Positions 8,622 to 18,082 of a stretch of DNA of 43,448 nt are shown here, in pieces. The stretch spans positions 1 to 43,448 of the IMG/VR virus record IMGVR_UViG_3300029171_000016; one strand, given 5' to 3'. The notes beneath the pieces are model-generated. The model was not told the origin of the DNA. It saw only the letters and a program-made list of their open reading frames with translations, and did no database searches. This DNA is from a virus. Lineage: Duplodnaviria > Caudoviricetes. The position numbers were made by a program, and so were the translations under genes. The stretch's first letter is position 1. Each line of letters begins with the position of its first letter.

Positions 8622-9873
8622 AAGTCCATTTTTGGATAACGATAAAATTTACCCAGCCTTAGCTAACTTATATTTAAAGGGAAACCTTAACAAAGAAGGC
8701 ATAAGATCCAAAGTTACGGATGAGTGGTCAAATGAATCTCTGGAGACATATTCTCATATAGGCGTTTCTATCATGACACCTCAAAGAACTTTAGCTAGCG
8801 ATTTTATCGGAGCAGTTAAGAAAAGGTATCCAGATAAAATAGTTATCGCCGGAGGCCCACATGCTAAGTACTATACTTCTGACCTGATTGCGGAGCCATG
8901 GGATTATATAGTGACTGATGATGGTGAAAAAGTCCTACCAAGAATAATTCGTGGAGAAATCCCTCTTTCTCAAAGAATAATTACCGAACATTTAACGGCC
9001 AAAGAGATCGCAGAGCTGCCACGACCAGACAGATTAGGATGTAAAGAATATCTGTCAGGGTTCGGTTATCAATTAAAGGGTCGGAAATCAAGTACGCTAT
9101 TAACAGCAAGAGGCTGCCCAGAGAGGTGCCATTTCTGTGAGGATGCAATGACAACCGTGAAGAAGACACCCTTAGAAAAGATTTGCATGGAGCTAGACGA
9201 TATTAAAGAATTGGGCTACGAAGGAGTATACATCTTTGATGATATTTTTGCTTTAGCTCCGAAGATAACTGAGCCCATCTGTAGGGAATTGCAGAAGAGA
9301 GACTTAATTTACAGATGCAACGGACAAGCAAGAATGATGAGTGAACCATTCATGAAAATGCTTTCTGAAACTGGTTGCGCCGAGATCGCGTTTGGTGCCG
9401 AATCAGGAAGTCAGAAGATCTTAGATAACATTGAAAAGAGAACGAAAATCAGCCAGAACTATGACTTCGTAACTTGGGCGCATAAATACGGCATCCCAGT
9501 TAAGTTATTTATTTTACTGGGGCTTCCCGGCGAGAATTGGGAGACACTCAAAGAGACCGAGAAGTTTATTCAACATTCTCTCCCTTGCGATGTTCAAGCA
9601 GCAATCTATTACCCCTATAAAGGTACACAGATTAGAGACGCGATTGATAGAAAACAAAACTTCGTAGATATTACTTTCAACGGAGAGGGCCTTGGTGCTT
9701 ATGGCCAAAAGGGCGGAAACACAGAAGTCACTATCCGAACAAAAGAGCTATCAAGTGAAGATTTATTAAGCTTTAGGAATTACTTAGTTGAGACGTACAG
9801 ACCTAAAAGTCACTCAGCTTATCAAATGAAACAAAGAAACGAGGAGGACAAATTCTTCAATGAAAGACAATAA
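8593..9873 (+). CDS. Cobalamin-binding radical SAM enzyme (class B methyltransferase-like)
   Basis: YPALANLYL and IAGGPHA B12 domain; RGCPERCHFC CxxxCxxC; FGAESGSQKIL; ILLGLPGE. Confidence 0.9.
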   Translation: MENVLLVSLRSPFLDNDKIYPALANLYLKGNLNKEGIRSKVTDEWSNESLETYSHIGVSIMTPQRTLASDFIGAVKKRYPDKIVIAGGPHAKYYTSDLIAEPWDYIVTDDGEKVLPRIIRGEIPLSQRIITEHLTAKEIAELPRPDRLGCKEYLSGFGYQLKGRKSSTLLTARGCPERCHFCEDAMTTVKKTPLEKICMELDDIKELGYEGVYIFDDIFALAPKITEPICRELQKRDLIYRCNGQARMMSEPFMKMLSETGCAEIAFGAESGSQKILDNIEKRTKISQNYDFVTWAHKYGIPVKLFILLGLPGENWETLKETEKFIQHSLPCDVQAAIYYPYKGTQIRDAIDRKQNFVDITFNGEGLGAYGQKGGNTEVTIRTKELSSEDLLSFRNYLVETYRPKSHSAYQMKQRNEEDKFFNERQ

Positions 9874-11128
9874 ACTTGTAGTGGTTGTAATGGGCCAGAA
9901 TTGCGAGAGATTTATAGACATGTGTCTGGATTCAGTTGAAGATGCAGATGAACTAATATTTTGCGAAGGGCTTGAGCCTTCACCAGAAATTAATTATTCA
10001 GAATCGTATCAGATTTTTAGAAGGAAATTTCCTGCAGGGCATTGGATAGCTCAAGTTTATGACCAAGAAGATAAGACAATGAATGGAAAGCAAAGGAACT
10101 TTTATCTTAATTATTTAAAGAAAGAGTTTCCAGAGCATTGGGCTTTATGCTTGGATGTCGATGAGATAGTTGAAGATCTAAGTAAAGTAAGAGAGTTTAT
10201 CCAAACCGCAGATAAAGGTGTTTATTCTGTTAAGATGAGACATCTGATCGGCGACTTCGGGCATGAAGACGCTACTGTGAAAACACACTGGGTTCCAAAT
10301 AGATTGTTTAAAATTGAATGTGCAGATCACTATCCAGAAGTGGAGCACCCCGTTCTTATAGGAAAAAATGAATCTGTTAAGGCGCAATCAATGGGCGGCA
10401 CGGACTGCACGACAATCTGGCATCTTGCTTATACTCCTAACATGTGGGAAATTAAAAAAAGATATGACAACCATCTTAAAAAATCAAACATGCACACTCC
10501 TGAATATTTGAAGAGCTGGTATTACGCGCATTTATTTGGAACATATCCTAAGAGTCAATTCGATCCAGTTGAGTTACCGAAACAATTATTAGATAAATTT
10601 GGAGTTAATCGTGATGAACTTTACTTCGGCAATAGAGGACTTGAGGTTAAACATTTTGTAGATGCACATCACTGGAAGGAATACTTCAAGCCGGAAAGTG
10701 TTTTAGAAGTCGGATGCGGAAGAGGTCCACGAGTAGCGGCGATGCGGATCGTGGGATTAAAGTGTGAAGGAATCGAATTAAGCCAATGGGCAGTAGATAA
10801 CGCCATTACACCAATCAAGCAAGGAGACATAACAAAAGACTTAGAAGTTTCACCAGCCGATTTAGTAATTGCTTACGATGTTCTTGAGCACTTAGAAGAA
10901 TCTCAACTTGATAGCGTAGTTAATAGACTGATTAACTTATCTAATAAGTATTTGCTAATTTCCGTTCCAGTAATCGGCGATCCCAATTTAATGAACGATA
11001 AAACTCATAAAGTGTTCCGAACTAAAGACTGGTGGAACTCACAATTCACACAGAAAGGCCTCACTAGATTGGAGACGCCAACACACTTTTTATTTCCTCA
11101 TCAGCTATTTCTCTATAGCAAAGTTTAA
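9860..11128 (+). CDS. GT2 glycosyltransferase fused to class I SAM methyltransferase
   Basis: N-terminal QRN...LDVDE (DxD), EHP; C-terminal VLEVGCGRG, GIELS, DVLEHL. Confidence 0.85.
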   Translation: MKDNKLVVVVMGQNCERFIDMCLDSVEDADELIFCEGLEPSPEINYSESYQIFRRKFPAGHWIAQVYDQEDKTMNGKQRNFYLNYLKKEFPEHWALCLDVDEIVEDLSKVREFIQTADKGVYSVKMRHLIGDFGHEDATVKTHWVPNRLFKIECADHYPEVEHPVLIGKNESVKAQSMGGTDCTTIWHLAYTPNMWEIKKRYDNHLKKSNMHTPEYLKSWYYAHLFGTYPKSQFDPVELPKQLLDKFGVNRDELYFGNRGLEVKHFVDAHHWKEYFKPESVLEVGCGRGPRVAAMRIVGLKCEGIELSQWAVDNAITPIKQGDITKDLEVSPADLVIAYDVLEHLEESQLDSVVNRLINLSNKYLLISVPVIGDPNLMNDKTHKVFRTKDWWNSQFTQKGLTRLETPTHFLFPHQLFLYSKV

Positions 11129-11152
11129 ATATCCCAGTATATACTACTAGGG
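11119..11152 (+). promoter_or_regulatory. Archaeal-type promoter with downstream GTATATAC operator
   Basis: CAAAG-TTTAAATA (11124-11131) 29 nt before ATG 11153; AGTATATACT 11136-11145. Confidence 0.75.
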
Positions 11153-11578
11153 ATGCAAAAAAAAAGAGTTCAAAAGAGAAAATATTTACCAACGATAGCG
11201 CAACTGTGTGACCGTCTTTCTATTGTAACATTAAAATCAATTAAAATTCCCGAGAACAAAGCTGAATACGAGAAGGAAGCTAAAGAAATTATGCACGACA
11301 TCAGCCAGTTTTTAGGCAAAAATTCCGGGGAGTTGTTCCGAGCAATCCAAGTTAATATTCTTGCCAACGAACTAATTTGGGCGAACGAAGCTAAAGCACG
11401 GCGCGGAGAAGCACAAGACCTTGAGTTATTGAAACTTACACATTCTATCAACCGCGTTAGGAATCAAGCGATGAATGTCATTAGCAACATTGTCGGCGAG
11501 CGGAAAGACTTGAAATTAGACTACATGGACGCAGAGCATACTAAAAAGTTTGGATACGACTTTGGAGGAATCCTTTAA
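11153..11578 (+). CDS. Helical protein, DUF4254/DUF6165-like (glycan-cluster associated)
   Basis: TIAQLCDRLSIVTLK...NELIWANE...INRVRN pattern. Confidence 0.5.
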   Translation: MQKKRVQKRKYLPTIAQLCDRLSIVTLKSIKIPENKAEYEKEAKEIMHDISQFLGKNSGELFRAIQVNILANELIWANEAKARRGEAQDLELLKLTHSINRVRNQAMNVISNIVGERKDLKLDYMDAEHTKKFGYDFGGIL

Positions 11579-11679
11579 TGCGCATTGAAGATTACTTAAT
11601 GTGGTTTATAGGATTTTCTTTTGGTTGTTTACTATTAGCAGTCGCTTATCTCTTAATAAAAGTGGGAGGATTATTTTGA
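11578..11679 (+). CDS. Small membrane peptide (33 aa; not in track)
   Basis: MRIEDYLMWFIGFSFGCLLLAVAYLLIKVGGLF; TAATG coupling. Confidence 0.55.
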   Translation: MRIEDYLMWFIGFSFGCLLLAVAYLLIKVGGLF

Positions 11680-11825
11680 GAGAAACAACCAAAGTAGTTA
11701 GAGTATCATGCCACAATATTCGATCGTTTAAAGGAGAAGGTTGCCAAGAAGCAGCAAGGAAATACGCAATGAAATTGTTAAGAACGGGTACACTATTTAT
11801 AAAAATCGAGGAAGCAACAGAATGA
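11676..11825 (+). CDS. Small hypothetical protein
   Basis: TTG start after GGGAGG; overlaps both neighbours by 4 nt. Confidence 0.45.
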   Translation: MRETTKVVRVSCHNIRSFKGEGCQEAARKYAMKLLRTGTLFIKIEEATE

Positions 11826-12121
11826 GATATGTAATTGAAACAACCGAACATGGAAATGAAGAAGCCGTTTGGAACACAATTAATTCTCTTAAGGATAAGA
11901 ATTTAATTAACGTCGTTGAAAAAGGCGATCCTATTGAGAATATGAAGGAAGATCTGAGAAAGGTTGCCCGCTCAGTGGAAGTGTTAGAAAAAGTAGGTAT
12001 TGATAAAGAGTTATTGATAGCGTGGATTAAACGGAAGACATCGCTATCAATTAGCGTGATTGAGACATGTTTGGAAACCGAAAGAGATTTCTACAAGAAG
12101 CTTGGAGTCGAACTCAAATGA
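11822..12121 (+). CDS. Hypothetical protein
   Basis: Start moved to ATG 11822 (ATGA overlap). Confidence 0.6.
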   Translation: MRYVIETTEHGNEEAVWNTINSLKDKNLINVVEKGDPIENMKEDLRKVARSVEVLEKVGIDKELLIAWIKRKTSLSISVIETCLETERDFYKKLGVELK

Positions 12122-12870
12122 AAACAAAGGAAGAACTAATAAAATTTGAAGAAGACGTAGTAGAAATGTACAAGCAAGGAAAGTTGCGCTCACCAATTCA
12201 TCTGAGTGGAAGTGTCGACGGAAAGCTTGAGGATTTTCTAATCGAATTATTTAAAGAGATAAAACCTAGTGACTGGGTATTCTCAACTTACAGAAGTCAT
12301 TATCACGCGCTGCTTAAGGGAATTCCAGAGGACTGGCTGAAGCAATGGATTTTAGATAACAAATCAATCCATGTTATGAACTCTCAACACAAATTTATTA
12401 CAAGCGCTATTGTCGGCGGAACTATTCCTGTTGCCCTCGGCGTTGCATTAGGAATTAAACTAAAGCAGGCTGCTATCGCAGATGAAATCAAGAGTCAAGT
12501 GAAAGCCGCAGTAGAAGAATCTGGTTATGAACTGGAAAAAGAAATACAAGTAGAACCTCAAAACTTACCACATGTATGGTGTTTTATCGGCGATATGACA
12601 GCAAGTCTAGGGATATTTAAAGACGCACTTTTATACGCTTCCGCTAACGATTTACCAATTACTTTTGTTATTGAAGATAATGGACTAAGCACAGACACGC
12701 ACACTTCAGAGGCTTGGGGATACGATGTTAGAGACGTATTGAAAACATATAGTCAACTTTATCCGGAGATGATTAAATACATTCAATACGTCAGAACTTA
12801 CCCCCATTACGGATGTGGGGTGTTCGTAGATTTCAAAGAAGATATTAAACAAGATGGGAGTAATTTCTAA
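12118..12870 (+). CDS. ThDP-dependent E1-alpha-like subunit (pyruvate/acetoin dehydrogenase family)
   Basis: PIHLSG, STYRSHYHALLKG, SAIVGG, GDM-x26-DN ThDP motif, YPHYG. Confidence 0.88.
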   Translation: MKTKEELIKFEEDVVEMYKQGKLRSPIHLSGSVDGKLEDFLIELFKEIKPSDWVFSTYRSHYHALLKGIPEDWLKQWILDNKSIHVMNSQHKFITSAIVGGTIPVALGVALGIKLKQAAIADEIKSQVKAAVEESGYELEKEIQVEPQNLPHVWCFIGDMTASLGIFKDALLYASANDLPITFVIEDNGLSTDTHTSEAWGYDVRDVLKTYSQLYPEMIKYIQYVRTYPHYGCGVFVDFKEDIKQDGSNF

Positions 12871-13439
12871 TGCCAAAAGGATACAAACATAAAGAAAATT
12901 GTCAATGTAAGTTATGCTTAGGAATTGTTGGATTTACAAAAGGAAACGACTATGGAAAATTAGCGAAACATAATAATAAAGGAACAAGCAACCCGATGTA
13001 CGGAAAAACACAAACGCATCAAACAAGAGAAAAAATAAGAAATAAGGCAATTGGAAAGAGAAAGTCCCCAGAAACAGAATTTAAAAAAGGAGAGGTTCCA
13101 TGGAACAAAGGGAAAAGAGATTACCAACGAGGAATAAAGAAGAAATTTCCTGAAGAAGTTAGAAGAAAGTTAATCAATAATTTAAAAAGTTTTACAGGTA
13201 AGCCAGCAGATAAAGCTTATGAAAGAATATTAAAGGAATGCGAAGAGTTAAAAAAACAAGGATTCAGAACAATCCCTATAGGTAAGGTAATTCCAGATAT
13301 AATCGCAATCAAAGATAATAAGGTCTTTGCTGTAGAAGTTGAATATAACAACCCAAATTATAATAAATACAATCAAGTAGAGGGAATATTTGATGATGTT
13401 ATTTGGATTATCAGGAGGAGAGATGGTAAGTTATCTTGA
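12870..13439 (+). mobile_element. Free-standing homing-endonuclease-like gene (NUMOD3-like repeats plus PD-(D/E)XK domain)
   Basis: NPMYGKTQTHQTREKI, ETEFKKGEVPWNKG NUMOD-type motifs; IPDIIAIK...AVEVE; sits between alpha and beta genes. Confidence 0.7.
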
Positions 13440-14001
13440 AGAATTAAAGAGAGCAATGAAACTTTTAGAAAAAAAGGGCCATATATTTTTAGGACAGAAT
13501 GTTAGATTTGGTGGCACGAGTATGTTCCACACATTTAAAGAATTTTCTGATGATATAAAAATTGAAACGCCAGTTTTTGAAGAAATGCAAATGGGAATGT
13601 CTACAGGGATGGCTTTAGAAGGTTTGAAAATATGTTCAGTCTACCCGCGAATGGATTTTCTTATTCTGGCCGTTAATCAGCTCGTCAATCACATGGATAA
13701 ACTAAGTGAAATGTCGGACAACCAATTCAAATTGAAGGGATTAATTATTAGGACGTGCGTTGGATCTACAAAACCTCTAATGCCCGGTCCGCAACATTGT
13801 CAGAACTATACAAAGGCTTTAAGAGAAATGTGCAAACATATTAAAGTAGTAGAGTTAACGAGAGCTGACCAAATAGTCGGTGCTTACGAGGACGCGACGA
13901 TCTCAGAAACCCCAACAGTAATCGTCGAGCACAGCGATTTATACAATGAGGAATTAAAGGATGAGTTAATTGCTTCCCGGCAAAAAGAGGTAATTCGATG
14001 A
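13423..14001 (+). CDS. ThDP-dependent E1-beta-like subunit (pyrimidine-binding domain only)
   Basis: FLGQNV, ETPVFEEMQMGMSTGMAL, YPRMDFL, GPQH; AGGAGGAG before ATG 13423; C-terminal domain absent. Confidence 0.88.
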   Translation: MVSYLEELKRAMKLLEKKGHIFLGQNVRFGGTSMFHTFKEFSDDIKIETPVFEEMQMGMSTGMALEGLKICSVYPRMDFLILAVNQLVNHMDKLSEMSDNQFKLKGLIIRTCVGSTKPLMPGPQHCQNYTKALREMCKHIKVVELTRADQIVGAYEDATISETPTVIVEHSDLYNEELKDELIASRQKEVIR

Positions 14002-14387
14002 GAGGAGTGGTAATTAGAAAAATTAAGCAAGTCCACGAAGACGAAAGAAGAAGAATAATGGAAATTATGAATGGTGAGCTTGGAATCCGAAATCTTAAAA
14101 TCTTAGAAGTCAAGGAAGATTGTTACTTAGGAGGAAAAGAAGGGCACTCGCATTTGTACGCCGAGATAATGTACATCATGAAAGGCAAGGTAAGGGATTA
14201 CGTAATGACAAACCTAGATACGGGAGAGTCTCAGAGTTATGATTTCGAAGAGGGAGATATAGTTTTTAGAACCGGAAGGATAGTTCATGGCGGAATATTT
14301 CTTGGAGGAACGATTGTTGTTGACGCTAGCTGTGAAACATACATCAGTGCGGACTTTAATGACATTCCGCGTGGAGAGACAAAATGA
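13998..14387 (+). CDS. Cupin, NDP-sugar isomerase/epimerase-like (FdtA/WxcM/RmlC-like)
   Basis: HEDERR, GHSH-x3-E...KG, IVHG. Confidence 0.7.
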   Translation: MRGVVIRKIKQVHEDERRRIMEIMNGELGIRNLKILEVKEDCYLGGKEGHSHLYAEIMYIMKGKVRDYVMTNLDTGESQSYDFEEGDIVFRTGRIVHGGIFLGGTIVVDASCETYISADFNDIPRGETK

Positions 14388-14626
14388 AGGTGCTTATAAT
14401 TTTAGCTTTAGTATTGGCCTTACTTGTATCTTGCGTTCTGGCCGGTTTATTAATTCAACATTCCCTCCCTTCATGTGTCGAATATGAAGAGTTCTGTACA
14501 ACCGACAGAGGATATTGGATGTATAATCCAGCTTTAAAAATGATGACTTATCAACCCCTATATGTTGAAGTTGAATGTAGCGAGGAAGGAAGCACACTTG
14601 AAAAGAGGTGTGTTGCCAGAAGATGA
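14384..14626 (+). CDS. Small membrane-anchored Cys-containing protein
   Basis: N-terminal hydrophobic helix, 4 Cys downstream. Confidence 0.6.
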   Translation: MKVLIILALVLALLVSCVLAGLLIQHSLPSCVEYEEFCTTDRGYWMYNPALKMMTYQPLYVEVECSEEGSTLEKRCVARR

Positions 14627-14883
14627 TATTATTTTTCCTGCTTATGTTATTTCTTGTTTTAATAGTGTTCATATTCATAAACGCAGGTAACCCCAGTTGG
14701 TTCACACCGCCAGCCCCTTTCTTCCTAAGATTCTTAGCAGCGTATCCTTCTCATCATAGATGTAATGAATGCGGGAAGGTCTGTTGGATTTGGCAGGATT
14801 GTACAAGACCTTCAGAAGCTTACCATGAAAAATGCTTTGACAAGAAATACAATTTTAAGAGGAACAAATGGCTAGGATTTTAA
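14623..14883 (+). CDS. Small membrane protein with Zn-finger-like C-terminus
   Basis: N-terminal TM; CNECGK...HEKC. Confidence 0.6.
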   Translation: MILFFLLMLFLVLIVFIFINAGNPSWFTPPAPFFLRFLAAYPSHHRCNECGKVCWIWQDCTRPSEAYHEKCFDKKYNFKRNKWLGF

Positions 14884-15884
14884 TAACAGGAATCAACGGA
14901 ATGGTAGCAAGTCACTTAGCAGAGCTTTGCTTAGAGAAAGGAGATGAAGTTTATGGTACTTACCGCTGGACGGAGGATGATTCAAACATAAGGCACATCA
15001 AAGACAAAATAAATTTAATTCCGATGAATTTAAATGACTTCGGAAATGTCTTAAAAGTAATTGGACAAGTTAAGCCAGACGCTATTTCTCATCTTGCAGC
15101 CGAGTCGTACGTTGGAGACAGCTTCGACCATCCAGAAGAATCAATTAGAACGAATACGCTAGGAACACTTAATATCTTAGAAGCAGTTAGAATGGTGCAG
15201 AAATCTGTTGCAGAGCATAGTTATTTTTCAGATAAAGAAGGAGCGACCTTCATTTATGACCCGGTAATTCACGTTTGCTCATCAAGTGAAGTTTATGGTT
15301 TAGTCACTCAAGACTTAGTTCCGATTAAAGAAGATTGTAGATTCAACCCCTGCAATCCGTATGCCGTTGGAAAAGTAGGTGCCGATATGCTGGCTTTGAT
15401 GTACTACACGAATTATAAGCTAAAGACGATAAGAACAAGAATGTTCACCCATTTTTCGTATAGAAGAAAAATGTTAAGTGCAGAGGTAAACTTCGCAACA
15501 CAGATCGCTAAGATAGAGGCCGGCAAACAATCGCCAGTCTTATGGCACGGTAATCTAGAATCAGTTAGGACTTGGGCGGATGCAAGAGATGCAGTAAAAG
15601 CGTATTATCTTATCTTAACGAAGCCGGCAAGATACGGAGAGGTTTACAATATTGGAGGAAATACAACTAAAACCATTAGAGAGATGTTAGACTATCTTCT
15701 TGGCTTAAGTACAAGAAAGGACATAGAAATCCGGCAAGATCCTAAGCTCCTAAGGCCTTACGATGTAACACTTCAAATTCCAGACTGCACGAAGTTTAAT
15801 CGGCATTATCCAGAATGGTTCCCCTCAATATCTTTTGAGCAGAGTCTCCAAGATTTGTTGAATCAAAAGAGGAAAGAAGTATGA
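14868..15884 (+). CDS. gmd: GDP-mannose 4,6-dehydratase-like extended SDR
   Basis: ITGINGMVASHL, HLAAESYV, SSSEVYG, NPYAVGK (YxxxK), GNLESVRTW, LLRP.DV. Confidence 0.82.
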   Translation: MARILITGINGMVASHLAELCLEKGDEVYGTYRWTEDDSNIRHIKDKINLIPMNLNDFGNVLKVIGQVKPDAISHLAAESYVGDSFDHPEESIRTNTLGTLNILEAVRMVQKSVAEHSYFSDKEGATFIYDPVIHVCSSSEVYGLVTQDLVPIKEDCRFNPCNPYAVGKVGADMLALMYYTNYKLKTIRTRMFTHFSYRRKMLSAEVNFATQIAKIEAGKQSPVLWHGNLESVRTWADARDAVKAYYLILTKPARYGEVYNIGGNTTKTIREMLDYLLGLSTRKDIEIRQDPKLLRPYDVTLQIPDCTKFNRHYPEWFPSISFEQSLQDLLNQKRKEV

Positions 15885-16729
15885 AGAGGATAATCATAAC
15901 TGGAAGTCGTGGAATGATTGCAAGAGAATTAATTGAGCAATTAAATAAAGGAGATGTAACTATTATTTGTGCGGACATAAAAAACGATGTTCCAGTTGAC
16001 TTGAGGAATTTTAATTACTGCCTTCAGTTGTGCGAAGGAGCTGATGAGGTGTATCATTTAATGGGCGTAAAAGGCAATCCAAAAATGACTAGTGAAAGGC
16101 CAGTCGACTTCATGGGACCAATGCTTCAATGCGATACTAATATGATATTGGCGGCTCAAATTCACGGCGTTAAGAAGTTTCTTTACACAAGTTCGATTGC
16201 TGTTGAGAACCCAGATAGCGATAAGTATCCGGCGTGGGCAAAACAAACCGCGGAAACACTAATCGAAGCTATGAGAATTCAGTACCCAAAAGGAACAAAA
16301 TACTGCGTGGTGAGGCCGGCCAATGTCTACGGGAGATATGATAATTTTAGCAATCCAGACGCAATGGTGATAACTTCACTGATTAGAAAAGCATTAGACA
16401 ACGAAGAACTCGAAGTCTGGGGAGATGGACGAGAGGTAAGAAGTTTCATTAATGCGAAAGATGTTGCTGGCGGGATGATTAAGACTATGAAAAAGATGCC
16501 AAACTTCCCGATAAACCTCACAGGACCTCAAGCATCAATTAAAAACGTAGCAGAAATCATTAGAGATTCTATAGGAAAAGAGATTAAAATCAAGTACAAC
16601 CTTTCTAAGGCCTCGGGCAAAAAGAGTCGTGTGATGGCCTCTAACGGATTGTTAGTTGGGTTCAAGCCAAAGATTAGTTTAGAAGATGGAATCAAGGAGG
16701 TAATTGAATGGGTCAAACAAAAATCCTGA
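15881..16729 (+). CDS. NAD(P)-dependent epimerase/reductase (GDP-fucose synthase / GDP-mannose epimerase-like)
   Basis: TGSRGMIA, VRPANVYGRYDNF, VWGDGREVRSFINAKDVA. Confidence 0.82.
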   Translation: MKRIIITGSRGMIARELIEQLNKGDVTIICADIKNDVPVDLRNFNYCLQLCEGADEVYHLMGVKGNPKMTSERPVDFMGPMLQCDTNMILAAQIHGVKKFLYTSSIAVENPDSDKYPAWAKQTAETLIEAMRIQYPKGTKYCVVRPANVYGRYDNFSNPDAMVITSLIRKALDNEELEVWGDGREVRSFINAKDVAGGMIKTMKKMPNFPINLTGPQASIKNVAEIIRDSIGKEIKIKYNLSKASGKKSRVMASNGLLVGFKPKISLEDGIKEVIEWVKQKS

Positions 16730-17400
16730 TAGCGATGCCCGTTCACAACGATTTTGAAGCTTTCAAGTACGCCATAAACGGAATAATTAACAGCACCGCT
16801 TATCCGCACTATACGATATTGATAATTGAATCAGAGTCTACCGACGGGAGTAAGGAATACGCCGATCTCTTACCCAAATTGTTTCCTAGAGTAGATTTCA
16901 TTATTAAACACACTAAGAAGGAAGGTCCACTGAAAGCGTATAATTTTGCGTTTGATTTGGCAAAGGAGATGAAGTGCGATCTGTACTTGACGCAAACGGA
17001 TGTAGTTCACTTTAGACTTTACAAAAGAGATTGGATGTGGGAGCTACATGAGATGTCAAAGAATCCTTCAATAGGGTTGGTTGCGCCGCTTGGAGCTTGG
17101 GGAGTGGCGTATGAACTGGGAAACCCATTTAATTGGATAGGAGGATGGGCTTGCTTTGTTCCTTATAAGACTATTGAGCTGATCGGCGGATATGATGAGG
17201 GATACGAAATAGGAGACTTGGTCGACGTAGATTACTGTTACAATGTAATGCAGAAAGGACTAAAATTAGTTCAAGCAGACTATTGGGTTCAGCACCACTG
17301 GATGACAGCCCACGTTAACGAGCAGCGCGCAGACTTAGAACAAATTAAGCAAAGAAACCGAAAGAGGTTCAAGGAGAAGTGGAAAATTGGTGTGGATTGA
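16708..17400 (+). CDS. Glycosyltransferase, GT2 family
   Basis: IAMPVHN, ESESTDGS, QTDV, IGGYDE, DVDYC. Confidence 0.85.
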   Translation: MGQTKILIAMPVHNDFEAFKYAINGIINSTAYPHYTILIIESESTDGSKEYADLLPKLFPRVDFIIKHTKKEGPLKAYNFAFDLAKEMKCDLYLTQTDVVHFRLYKRDWMWELHEMSKNPSIGLVAPLGAWGVAYELGNPFNWIGGWACFVPYKTIELIGGYDEGYEIGDLVDVDYCYNVMQKGLKLVQADYWVQHHWMTAHVNEQRADLEQIKQRNRKRFKEKWKIGVD

Positions 17401-18082
17401 TAAGAAAGCCGAAGAACAAGTCTTAATGTTAAGAGACGAATTTGATATTCGACAATACGTAGAAACCGGAACGTTTAAAGGAATCAACGCCAGATTTCAA
17501 AGTCGGTATTTTGAGTCGGTGATAACGGTTGAGAAAGATATTGACAATTTCATGGAGGCCCACAGAAATTTTAAAGGGCTGCCGAACGTGTCTCTATTCT
17601 TAGATGACAGCGCTTCCTTTTTAAGTAGCTTTAAAACTAAAACAAGAAGTGTTCCCCCAGTTCTTTTCTTTCTAGATGCTCACTTCTACGATCCCAAACT
17701 TACTTCGGACAAACGATGGGTTGTCAAGAATGAATTAAAAGCTTTAGAAGGATTCAGTAATTGTTTAATTATGATTCACGACTTTGACGTCGGTGGATTA
17801 GGACACCTAGTATACGACGGAGAACACTTGAATTTTGATTTAATTAAAGAGGATATTCTGAAGGTTAATCCAAAGTTCAGGTTTTATCACAACGAGAGGC
17901 AAACTTGTGACATAATGACGCCCGAAGATCTGACAACACATGGTATCGCTCCCTATGCAGTTGCTCTAGATAACTTAAAGTACGCCTATACAAATGATAC
18001 AAAAAAGTATCGAGGCATCCTCTATGCAACTCCAAAAGAGTTAGACTTAACTAAATACGATTTAAGAGAATATGGAACTTAA
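17387..18082 (+). CDS. Class I SAM-methyltransferase-like protein
   Basis: YVETGTFKG, TVE, DS, FFLDAH, IHDF. Confidence 0.65.
   Translation: MVWIDKKAEEQVLMLRDEFDIRQYVETGTFKGINARFQSRYFESVITVEKDIDNFMEAHRNFKGLPNVSLFLDDSASFLSSFKTKTRSVPPVLFFLDAHFYDPKLTSDKRWVVKNELKALEGFSNCLIMIHDFDVGGLGHLVYDGEHLNFDLIKEDILKVNPKFRFYHNERQTCDIMTPEDLTTHGIAPYAVALDNLKYAYTNDTKKYRGILYATPKELDLTKYDLREYGT

Noticed and set aside
12870-13439. Group I intron or intein carrying the endonuclease
   Set aside because: The ORF overlaps both neighbours leaving no room for ribozyme structure; alpha has its own stop; no intein terminal residues
12118-14001. Pyruvate dehydrogenase E1 as an energy-metabolism auxiliary gene
   Set aside because: Both subunits are shortened, there is no E2/E3 or lipoyl domain, and the context is nucleotide-sugar synthesis
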